DNA of 64,000 nt, from NCBI RefSeq assembly GCF_036321535.1, contig NC_087437.1, forward strand, positions 75,394,001-75,458,000, read 5' to 3'. The position numbers and the translations under genes are program-made. Of this stretch, positions 1-11,400 are shown one piece after another. This DNA comes from Camelus dromedarius (taxonomy: Eukaryota). The stretch's first letter is position 1. Each line of letters starts with the position of its first letter. The notes under the pieces are model-generated. The model had not been told where the DNA came from. It did no database searches and saw nothing but the letters and a program-made list of their open reading frames with translations.

Positions 1-609
1 ATTTTGCCATAAGAAGTAAGATAACATACAATAAAAATAAATAACAAAGTTAAAAAGACTTTACTGTGAGATATAAACTATTTAAATATGTTTAAAATGT
101 GTGTAGATTGATGGCAATACTGATTTTACTTTGTGGGCTGCACCTCAGCATTTATCTTCAATATCATTGTTTATAGTTCATTATACATTTTTGGCTTGTT
201 GATTTGTCTCCTCATTCAGCATCACACTTTTTCTTCTTTGCTAAAATTTCTTCCCTCATTGAGAGAGGTATCAGTTTCCAAATATTATACATGTTTGTAA
301 CTGAGCTTTGTATTGTGTTGTGAAAGCTTTCCACACTTGTTTGTCATGGCATGTTGTCACATGTCTGTTGGTAGACATTCCAAGTTCTATGGGAAATGTG
401 GGTTCAACTCTGTGCCTTCGAGGCCCTTGACCTCTTTCAGATTTATGTAATATAAAAATGGGAGTACAGTGTTGATGGAGAAATGACTGTCAGCCAGTTG
501 TCTTATCTTTTATGGCAAAATTGTTGCATGGTCAGTTAGTTATATGGCAAAAATGTTTGTGGCAAAAATACTTTTGGCAAAGAAACTTATGGTGAAAATA
601 CCTAAAACC
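1..609 (-). mobile_element. MULE/MuDR (Ricksha-like) DNA transposon remnant; one end lies before the window
   Basis: Minus-strand frameshifted peptide PTFPIEL/WNVY...MP*QTSVESFHN...NIWKLI (432..245) resembles a MULE transposase C-terminus. Bases 1-27 are an imperfect inverted repeat of about 496-521, and a tggcaaaa motif repeats at 510-600. Confidence 0.7.
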
Positions 610-822
610 ATAAATGAGATCATATGACATTTCTCTTTCTCATCTGACTTATTTCACATAGCATAATGCCTTCAAGGGCTACCCATGTTGTCACATATAG
701 CAGGATTTCCTCCTTTTCATGGCTGAATAATATTCCTCTCTGTGTGTATCACAACTTTTTTATCTATTCATCCATCAGTGGACACTTAGAATGTTTCCAT
801 GTTTTCATGTCTTGGCTTTTGT
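610..822 (-). mobile_element. L1 3' fragment
   Basis: Typical antisense L1 3' region (tgacttatttcacatagcataatg...atccatcagtggacacttag...gtcttggct). Confidence 0.75.
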
Positions 823-1009
823 AGTAGATACTTTTTAATGAGTGGATGGTGGTAGTGGGGTAATGAAATAGGTAGGTGGTGGTGAATTATTTAGGTTTTC
901 AGTTGACAAAAGGAAGTTTTTACAGATATTGACTATGAATTGCTTTCCTAACATCATGGATTTGAAGACTTCCAGCCTTCTTTTTGGAATTTCAGGTTTC
1001 TGTGGAGCT

Positions 1010-1860
1010 TGCTCGGAGGCTGTAAGCCTCAAAGTTGTCTGTATGACGAGCACTTATGTCTTCAGAGCACTAATCACCCTTGGAATCTGTAGCCAGATGT
1101 TGCTGATTCTGATTTCTGATGTTCTGTAGTATCTTGCATTTTTATTAACCTCCTGTAATTAAGACCCCAATCTTGACAGCCTGTGACCTATTTTGGGAAA
1201 GTGTGATGCTAAACAATGATGCCGCAGTTTGAATTTTTGCAATGCAAACACTCATGTTCATTCACGCTGTATGTTTTTGCTTCATTGTTTCTTATCAGCT
1301 GGGTTTCTGAACACATCTAGGGACACTGCTTCCATCTAGCAAGGAATCTAATTAGCTGCCTCTATTTTGGAGCGATTCTGTTACCTATTAGAGTTGCCTC
1401 CCATTGAGTCAGCTCTGATTTCAGCAGGTTTTTTGTTTGTTTGTTTTTTTAAGTCTTAAGACAAAGTCACAAGAAAAGCTTCATAAGATAGTCAAAACAG
1501 TTCTTCATATGTCCTTAAAGGGTATGGGCTTGCTTGATCTTGTGGTATCAAAGAACTCTGCTTTACCCCTTCTTACAGATGGTCTGTTTCTGTCTATGAA
1601 AGGGATGGGAGTACAGGAATATGCATACATGGCTTCGAGGTTACTTCTGTGACCCTGGGCATGAGCAGAGAATCATGTCATTCCATCTTTCTTATAACAC
1701 TCCAGCTGGCCTTTGTGTTAGGAGGGTACTGCTTGGCTTCTTCCAGAAGCCTTGCTGAGAGCCAGATATGGTGGCTCACTGGATGGCTTTTCAAAGGCTT
1801 CTCTCAGAGATTTCAGCTGTGGCTGTGGTGGGGCTCTATCTCATGAACATGCCTATACTA
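1010..1860 (-). mobile_element. Decayed Ty3/Gypsy pol (RT + RNase H) remnant, MamGyp-like
   Basis: Collinear frameshifted motifs on the minus strand: HEIE..EKPLKSHP..LLEE, KPSS, KKDGMT*FS (KKDG at 1693..1682), DSLLMPRVTEV, LLKSELT, VTES, EAKTYSVNEHECL (YSVNEHECL at 1271..1245), KFKLRHHCLASHF, DNFEAYSLR (1039..1013). Confidence 0.65.
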
Positions 1861-2376
1861 TAGCATAAAACTCAAGATAATTGGGGGAGAACATAGGCTG
1901 GGATGTGGCCAGTTCTTTCCGAAGGCAAAACAGTGAACAGAATTGTGTGGTAGCGCTCATCTGCCCCTTTCTTTGTGTCCTCCCTTCTTGTAATCCCTTC
2001 CCCTTCCTACTTGGAGATGACAGTTCTCTTTTGTGCTTTATCCCTTGCCTAGCTGGTTTTTGGCTGCCAAATGGATATAGTACCAGCCATTTACATTCTA
2101 GCAAAAAAATTTCTTTTCATTTTCTAGGAGTATCTGCTTATAAAATCTTGACTAACTATGAACTAGAGGGTTTGTTCCAGGTAAATCCTATTTAGAGAGT
2201 CCTAGGTAAAAGGATGGGTACTGTGAATGCCACCAGGCGGGGAGTGAGTAGATCCTATTACCTATCATGTAGAGAACACCAAATTCCAACTATTTTAACC
2301 CAAGATGCAGCAATTAGGACAAAATGTAGGGTAATACTGTTTTTAGACATGGACTCATGTGATCCTTTTTCTTCAG

Positions 2377-2494
2377 GTGTAATGGACCCTTATTTGGTTC
2401 TACAACAGCTGCGCTGTAATGGTGTCTTAGAAGGGGTCAGAATATACTGTGAAGGTTTTCCAAACCGGCTGCTATATGCTGATTTTAAACAAAG
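2377..2494 (+). CDS. MYH15: MYH15 exon, 118 nt (SH2-SH1 helix)
   Basis: ttcttcag|GT...CAAAG|gtaaac; [40 protein letters not shown]. Confidence 0.96.
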
Positions 2495-5400
2495 GTAAAC
2501 ATACATCCCAGGATCCAAGAAGCCTGAGGCGGTCCATTTTGTTTCCCCTCTTTCTGAGTGTTTAGGCATGCATTGTTTGTTTGGTTGATATCCTCCAGAC
2601 GGCAGATCGATGTGTTTTGGTGGTGGTGAGATATACGGTGACAGAGTTCCATTATTATTTCCCCTTAAATCCAACATCCGTGTAGCTGTAATATCCTTAA
2701 ATCTCTATTACTGGATAATAGACCCACATATAGAAGAAATATATAGAGAAGAAAGATATGGAGGCTGAATTGAATCTCTGAAGTGTTGTATATACTCAAT
2801 CGTAGCTGCCATCCAAGCAGGCTGTTACTTTACTAGCTAGGCTGTGAAAAGAAGGAAGCCAGCAGGTTGTGCAGCAGGAGGCAGGAGAGGCATCTTTGCT
2901 TTCTATTTCCCAAATTCTAAAAGTGTAAATTATAGATCATCAAGCGAATGTGAGCAAAGTAGAATAGACAAAGTACCTGTTTCAGAATTAAGAAGCCTAT
3001 TTCTAGCTCTCCACCGGTTCACCATTAGGGTGAGGGAATCTTGGAAAAGACTTTTAATGTCTTGGCTTTTCAGTTTCTTTTCCATACAATAGAGATACTT
3101 AAGCCTGCCTCTTTCTATCTCTTTCCCCTCTCAACCTCTCCCTCCCTCCCTAATTGAGCAGAGAATCAAGTGATGTTGTCTCTAAGGCACTCTGAAAAGT
3201 ACAAACCATTACACCAAAGTAAGGAATTATTGCTCATATTCTCATTAATATTGCCAAGAGTTTTATGGAAATTGAACATATTGGTGGGAGAGGTAGAAGA
3301 CTGTTCCTCCTTTCACTCACTTGTCCAGGTTATTCTTTATTTGAATCATATAACCCCTGACCTCAAGATTTATCCTTGACCTATTTTAAATTAGGTACTA
3401 CATTCTGAACCCAAGGGCCTTTCCAAAGAGCAAGTTTGTGAGCAACAGAAAAGCAACTGAAGAATTTCTTCGCTCCTTGGATACAGACCATACCCAGTAC
3501 CACTTTGGAATCACTAAGGTAACTGGAAAACTACAAAGAGTGAATTTAGAGAAGAGTGGGAGGAAACTGGGTGTATTTTAAAATTCCCAAAGAAGTGCAG
3601 TTATAAGGCATTCTGCAGTTCTTGTGACCACAAATAATACAAATAGAGCTCTGCGGAAAGTGGAAATGTCAGCACTATTTGAGAAAAAAATTCAATGTTT
3701 CTTGAACCTCAGTCTTGACTACATTTATATTTTGGTAATTATTTATCTAAGCAATTTAGTGCCAAGATATAAAATACTGAATCAACATTAGTGGGCTAGA
3801 AAATGTGTATTCACATCAGAGCTATAGAAAATTGAGTCAACTTATTGGAGTTATTGCTTGTCTGCATGTGAACTGATTCAGCCACAAATACTCTTTTAGG
3901 AAATTAATTCCAGATGACTGTCTGAGTAACTAAAAAGTTTAAGATTAACCCCGCTATCCAAAAAATTAATCCAAACGTAACGTCCTTAAATGTGATTAAC
4001 TAAAACCTGCTTCATCTTAGATTATCTTGGTATGACCCATATATTTTGGGAAACTTCTGACTTGATTTCATTTTGTCTGACAGTCAATAGCAGGTTGTTT
4101 CTAGTGACATCCATATAAGAACTAAATTATTTGAAGGAGAATTGGAGGGTCTGGGGTGAAGGGCTCACAGAAAAAGAACTCTGTTGGACATGATTATATG
4201 TTACTCAACTCCCACATTTTGAGTACCTAAGATTCTGTTTCTTCTGTTCTTTGCTTCTACTGAATTTTGCTACTGGTGCCTTGCTTCCTTGTGTATTTAG
4301 TTATTTTTGCTGTATACCACTCATCTAGGCCGAGACTAGTATGAGGTAAGAGAGCATCTTAAGTTACAAAATTTAAGGAGGTACTCATTCTTATGGTTGT
4401 ATTGTACAACCCTGAATGTGAGTGCTTCCTTAAAATTTATGCCTTAGGTACCTCACTCACCTCATCCTGGTCACTACTAATGATTTTTAAAAAAATATTT
4501 ATGTGGATTTTTTTTTTTTTTAATCTAAGAAGAAAGTAACTTTTCTCTAGGGCAAAGGCCGGCAAACTATGCCCCAAAGGGTCATATCCATGGCTTATTT
4601 TTTCATATGGTCCAATAGCTAAAAATGATTTGACACTTTTCAAAGGTCATTTTTAAAGAGAAAGAAGAAGAAATAGAATAAATAAAAGAAGAGGAGGAGG
4701 AAGAGGGTAGGGAAGGAAGGTGGAGGCAAAGGTGAAGGCACCACAGAGACTGTGTGTGGTCTGCAAAGCCTAGAAATATTTACTATCTGGCCCTTTACAG
4801 AAAATGTTTGCAGACCCCTGCCTAGGCCTGTCTTAAACCAAGTTCCCAGTACAACCTAGGCTATAAATAAGGACAGTCTAAGTTCTTAAAGAAAGAATAT
4901 AACCGCAGTATAATTAAAGTTGTGGGGTTTTGTTTTGTTTTTGTTTTTGCAAAGTTTGGATTTATAAAACCAAACTTTCTAGAATTTATATTTTATACAT
5001 TAAGTAAAACTTAATTAGAAATAGAACTGATAAACTGATATCAGTTGCTCATAGGGTCATTCAACAGACATTTACTGAATGCCCATTGATGAGTGGAACT
5101 AACATCTGACTTATTTCTTTTAGGTGTTTTTAAAAGCTGGCTTTCTGGACCAACTGGAAGCAATGAGAGATAAGAAACTATCTAAAGTCTTCACATTGTT
5201 CCAAGCCAGAATACGGGGAAAACTGATGCAAATCAAATTCCAGAGGACTCTGAAAGAGAGGTATGATATCCCCACCCTACACCCCCACTGCTAGAGTAAT
5301 AGTATGTCTCAGTCAATGTGACCTTTTCTCGTTGCCTTATAAGAGGTCAGGGTAAAGAGCTGTGCCACATCTGCTTAGTCTGGGACTTAACTTGAAATTT

Positions 5401-8400
5401 TAAAATTATGGAACACCAAATAGAACACAGAGGGCTTTTATTACCCTGTCTAACCAAGTATGAGCATAATTCAGATATTTCTTGCATTGCTTCCTGCCTT
5501 CCCTTTGGAGGGATTTTTTTATAGTTGGTGATATCTGGATCTCTGAGAGTGGCATGACTCATAATTCAAAACAGAAGCAGACCTGAAGGGTTTGCATGCA
5601 TCCCACAGCCAGCCCCGTGGGGAAGTTTGTTGCAAAGCGGGTGTGTGTTCTGAACACACAGCCTCCCCTAGGCCAGAAACTGGGCTCGTGGTGAAATGTA
5701 ACCATAACTCTTTTACTTCATTTCAGGCAGGTGCACTAGGGATATTTATCACCACCTCTGGACACTGAGGTGTGGATTTTGTTTATTCTTTAATAGAAGC
5801 ATAGAAAGCAGGCTAGCAAAATCTCCAAAGGGACTCCAAACGGACAAGGGATTCTGAGATTGTTGTGTTTACTTTTTACCATAATATAGTTTACCTTCTG
5901 GAGTGATTTCCACAGGTCTTGGTATATAATTTGCCTAACTGACAGTCTGTTAATTCTTTCTGTTTCCTCAAAGAATAAAATCATTGCATGGTGATGTCAA
6001 AGATATTAAAGAGTCTTCTAAGAGTCTTCTAGAGAGACTCCTAGGAGTCTTCTGTGACTCCCATGTAGTCCTCCATGTCGCTTGGGAGTTTATGACAGTT
6101 TGGGTATAAGGAGTCCTGGTTTCAATGACCAATTATGTAAACTTAGTTAAGACTCTTAATTTTCCCATTGTTTACTTCCTTCATCTCTAAAATGAGGTCT
6201 TTACTATCCATTCTTTCTAAATCATAGAAAGACTTTAAAAGAATTATTATGAAATATTTCAAATGCAAAAATTGCAGAAACAATTTTAAGGCATATTCAT
6301 GGAGCCATCAGCAAAGTATATCAATTCCTAACATCTTGTCTGTAATTGCTCACAACTTAAACATTAATTAATTAACTAATAAGCGATGTTGAAGCTCTTT
6401 GTGTATTTCTCCCTTGATCTGTTTCCTGTGCCTAGCTCCCCAGATCCTGAATTTGTGTTTAATATTCTATGTTTTATTCATGTTCCATATATAAAACATA
6501 TGAATGTTTAGCATTTTTTTCTGTAGTTACAGCATTTAAAAATAAATTAATAGACACAGTTGAAGCCCCTTGCATATTTCTCCCTTGATTCAAGTTCTGT
6601 GGAGTTATGCAAATATCCTTAAAAGGTTTCATGATTTTGCATGTTTTTAGTCTTCATATAGTTATCCTCTATGAAAGGATCCATCCTGAAGTTTGTTCTT
6701 TATATCCAGTACTAGTTTTGAAATTTATTAATATTGATAAATCTAAGGCTAGATGTTTGATCTTCACTGTTGTATAGCATTCCATTGTATGAATATACTA
6801 CAATTTATTTATACATTTTCCAGTCCAAGTAAGCTTTCTTATAAGTTTTTGCTATTACAAACATTTCTGCAATGACATTTTTGTAAATGTCTTCCCCTGC
6901 ACGTAATGCAAGAGTTTCTTGAAGGCACTGTTACTCAAGATGCTGATCCATGCTCTGATAGTCTTTGGGTAGCAGCTGGCCAAGGCCCACACATTGAGTG
7001 GCACTTCTCCAGGGTTTGAATTACTAGGTTTTAGGATATACAACTTCACTTTTGTGAGCTATTGCCAAAATGCTCTCCAATTTTATTCTTTACCAGGAGT
7101 ATATAAAGATCCCATGGCTCCATATTCTCACCAACTTGTCATGTTTCAGACTTCAAAAACTTCTGCCAAACTTCATCATATTTCTGTCTTTGGGGAAAGA
7201 TACTCTTTTTCTTTTAATATGATGGCTTCTGTAGATTTTTTTGGTAAACATGATATATTGTGTGGAGGACATGCATTCCATTTTATTTTGCTAAGCATGT
7301 TTACCAGGAAATGGTTAAATTCGTTTTCTGCATCTATTGAAGTAATTATATGATTTTTTTCCATTAACTTATAAATGTGTTGAATTAAATTAATAGATTT
7401 TTAAAAAAATGTTAAGCCCACTTTGTTTATGAAATATTATCTTTTTCATACATTGTGGGTTTGGTTACAGCACTGTAGTATTTTTGCATCAATGTTCATG
7501 AGTAAATTTGGCCTATAATTTTATCTCCTACTGTTATCTGACTTTGAATCAGGGTTACCTTCATCTCATAAAAGAGTGGGGCAATATTTCCTCTTTCCAA
7601 AGCATGAAACAATTTATTTGGATTATCTGTTTGATTATTTATTTTGAGTTGTTGGTAAAATTTGCTTATAAAACCATCTAGATCTGGTGTTTCTTTTGTG
7701 ATAGATTTTACTACATTCATTTAATTTTTTAATAGTTACAGGCCTATTGAGTTTGTTTTCTTCTTGAATTAGCTTAAATGAGTTTAAGAAAAAGAAATTT
7801 TACATTTCTTTTAAATCTTCAAATTTGCTAGATTATGATTTTTAATCTCTAATATATCTATAATTATATTTCTAGAGCATAACCCTAGGTTATTATGTTC
7901 TTAGAGAATTATTCCTAGTGTATTTGTGCCTTCTCTCCTTTGGCACGATGATTCATGTCAGATGTTTGTTTATTTTGTTAGACTATTTAATAACCCACCT
8001 TTAAAATGCTTCTTTATTTTTCTGTTTTCTAGTTCATTAGTTTCTGATCTCAGCTTTATTTTTTCCTTCTATCTACTTGTTTTGGGTTTATTTTTCTTAA
8101 TCCATTTTTTTTTCAGTGTGTCTAATCAGCTGCTTAATTCTTCCACTGAGTATTTGATTTCAATGAATGTACTTTTCAATATTAGACATTTTATTTGGTC
8201 CTCTTTCAAATCTGTTTGACCTTTTATCATAGTTGTTCATTTCTTTCTTATTTTCCATTCTTTCCTTTATGCCTTTAATAATTTTAAACAATCATTTTAT
8301 GGTCTCCACCAAACTGTTCAATTATGTGAAATTCTTGGGGGTTTAATTAAAATTTTTACTGTAGATACCCTCATTGATGGTTGATTTTTTTTTCTCTATA

Positions 8401-11400
8401 TGTGTTTTGTAATTTTGAATTGTTTGCTCATCTTCAAGGGGACTTTAGGAGAATCTCTGGTACTTGAGTACTTCAGTACACTTTTGCATTTTTCCCCCAA
8501 GGGCCCAGAGGGTATTTATTACCAGTGTAAAAATGATTATGCTAATTCCTTACATATTTCTTTTCTAATCAGGAACTATAATTTAAACCTCAAACACTCC
8601 AGTAGTATTGGTTGATAGTTAAAAAAAAAAAAAGTCCTAGCATTGGAATCCTAGTATTCCTGAGCCCAGAGCAAATCAGATGTTATTTCTCTTTAATTTC
8701 TCTCTGTGCCAGTGGGTGAATTTTTAAATCTTCCTTTTCATTAAGGGGGAAATTCTTTCAAAACCTAAGCCTGACTCTTTACCCACAAGTATATAAAAAT
8801 ACAAACCCTGCAATACGAAGACTGGCTTCCTCCTTCCGTAAGGATGGCCAGGCTGTACAAGCATTCACTTTTTGCTCTGTTTTTGTTTGTTTGTTTGTTT
8901 GTTTGTTTGTTTGTTTGTTTTGGCTCCCTCTATACTTCTTACCCTCTTTAAGGCTCAGCTTTCATTTAAAGGATATTCATGGTGGGGGATTTTCAGGACA
9001 CCTAGTCCATAACATTGCTAGCCCCAAAATTTCCTCCAAGGGTGTCTGCCAGAATCAAATGAGAGCTTGGATGTAGAAGTGCTTTGAAGACTAATGAGAA
9101 CTGATAATGACTCCTAAAAAGATGTGCTTATTAAGGATCTTAATTTGGAAGATAACTCTCTTATAATCTGGTTTATCTTGCTTTTCTTTGTTTTTTTTCT
9201 CTTGATTTAGGGATGCACTTCTTTTGATCCAGTGGAACATAAGAGCTTTCATGGCTGTGAAGAGCTGGCCTTGGATGAGGCTCTTCTTCAAGATCAAGCC
9301 TCTTGTTAGATCTGCTGGGATGGGAAAGGAGGGAGCTGGACTGAAGGAAGAGTGTGTGCAGCTGCAAAAAGCCTTGGAGGAATCGGAATCACAGAGGGAG
9401 GAACTGAAAGCAGAGCAAGTCTCCCTCATCCAGGAAAAGAATGACCTGCTTCTTCAGCTGCAGGCTGTGAGTGGCCACATCATTTGTTCTTCAAATCAAC
9501 TTTCTAATTAGATTCCCTTGTTTTGCAGGCGGTGTTGATGTGAAAAAAAATAGAGGCACATGCTTTTCAGTGCTTTTTCAAATACTCTAGCCTTTCATCC
9601 AACACGGACAATGAAAACATTTAAAGAGACACCCTGTTTTATAGTGAAGTGATTTCATTGGCAAGATATCTGTGAAAAAGGGACAAACTATTAGATGGGT
9701 TTTAACTATATAAACACATCAAAATCTATAATGGGAGCCAGGAAGCTCTGGATCTTAATTTAAATTCTGTGTGTAGCCCATAACCCATTAGCAAATCAAA
9801 AGACAGGATTTTAGTGGGTCCTGAGAAAAGCTTTACTGAGATCTTCAGGTTTATTGACGTATGCTCCTAACTGGCTTTCATGATTTTGATTTCCCTATTT
9901 GCCCTTCCCCAGTCCAAATCAATATTACAATCAGTTGTGTTCTTAAAACAGCTGTTTTCAACCTTGGCTTTGCATCAAACTCATTTGTGAAGCATTAGAA
10001 AATAAAAAGAAAGATGCCTAGGCTCTACTCACAGCTATTTTGATTAAGCAGACCCTATGTGGGTCCATATTATCTGTGTGGGTGGTTCTGGGTGATTCAG
10101 GACTGAGAACCATTGCCTTAAACAAATACCGTGTTGCTTCCCTGAGGAGCAAGCTTCAGGTCCCGTAGTGTGTGCATCATAGACTCCAGACCCTCGGCCC
10201 TGGCACCCGAGCCTCCATCTCTAATCTGATGCCCATGTGCCGTTTCTCACTCCCTTTTACATTCCTCTTCTCTTACTACCAGGACTACTGTTATCCCCAA
10301 ACATCTCAAAAGCAAGTATGAGGCTGTATCCACCTTTATTATATTCTCCACCTCACATAGCACAGTGCTAAGTTAAAAAAAGGGGTGGGGGTTCATATAC
10401 AGTTATATACATGAAACTTTTTCCTGCTCTTTGGACTTACTGAAAACAGAATTTAATGATTTTAGACTGATCCAAGTTATTCTTTTCTTTTGGGGCTGTG
10501 CTACCCATCAGTGTTCCAGCAGGCCATATTTTACATGAGAATTTAGACCCAGAATTTATGTATTTCTGATACATATTTAACATAGCAGTGGTTCTAGTGT
10601 GTATCAGCCTTACCTGGGATGCTAGTTAGATATAGAAATTCCATGGCCCCACTCCAAACCTACGTTAAGATTCCTACTGTGAGAAGCAGTTTGTAATGTC
10701 GTATTTTGTCTGGCTTAGGAGAGACCTGGCTTCCCAGTTTTCACCCTTCTTCCTGCTAGCAGAGAGAGTGGCCAGTGCTACTTGGGCTGATGGGGGAGAT
10801 AGAAATGTGCCCGACTTGTGGAGGGAGTGGTGGGTAAAAGCCTGGGAGATGTGATAAACGATCAGTGGGGGAAGCATAGGAAATACATGGAAGCCAATTC
10901 CAGGGCAAATCTATGAAGGCTGAGATGAGTTCTGTTGACTGAAAAAATACACAACCTAAAAGTTGAGAGTTATGTTTTATTCAGCGGACATTCTGAGGAC
11001 CTCAACCCCAGGAGGCAGCCTCTCAGATAGGGCTAAGGGATAGCTCCCAAGAGGTAGGTGAGGAGCCAGGATATGTGAGTTTTTGTAACAAAGACCAAGT
11101 AGTTGGAACATCAAAAGATTATTGTTAATTAAAGAAAATCAGACATCTCAAGTTAAGGAGTCTAGCACTCTTCTATTTATGGGAAGATGCAAAAGTCTGG
11201 GCTTGCTGAAATCATTCCTTTGATGTGCACCTTAGCCAGCTAGGGCCGGTATCCTGTGCTTCTCATCCTGAGTCTCCTCAGGGGACAGCGTTGGGGGTGG
11301 CGGCAGAGGCCGGGCAGCCTGCTGTCTTGAGTTCTCTCCGGCTCACCATCAGGGGCAGCTGTAGTGGCTGATGGCTGCAGCATCCTTTGTTTACTGATAT

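Noticed and set aside
835..1200. RTE-type LINE reading of the minus-strand ORF (KRRLEVF)
   Set aside because: Only one loose motif; the collinear Gypsy RNase H motifs explain the region better
4859..4872. MEF2/TATA-like sites (also ~19990, 47611, 58248)
   Set aside because: Isolated AT-rich 10-mers are expected by chance in 64 kb; no visible clustering with other muscle motifs
5642..5660. 9-bp perfect inverted repeat tgtgtgttc-t-gaacacaca, and a GC-rich hairpin-like stretch at 63855-63928
   Set aside because: Short, low-complexity and compatible with chance
6355..6602. Direct repeat gttgaagc..tttctcccttgat (~6388 and ~6560)
   Set aside because: Local duplication inside an old L1 3' region; no sign of function
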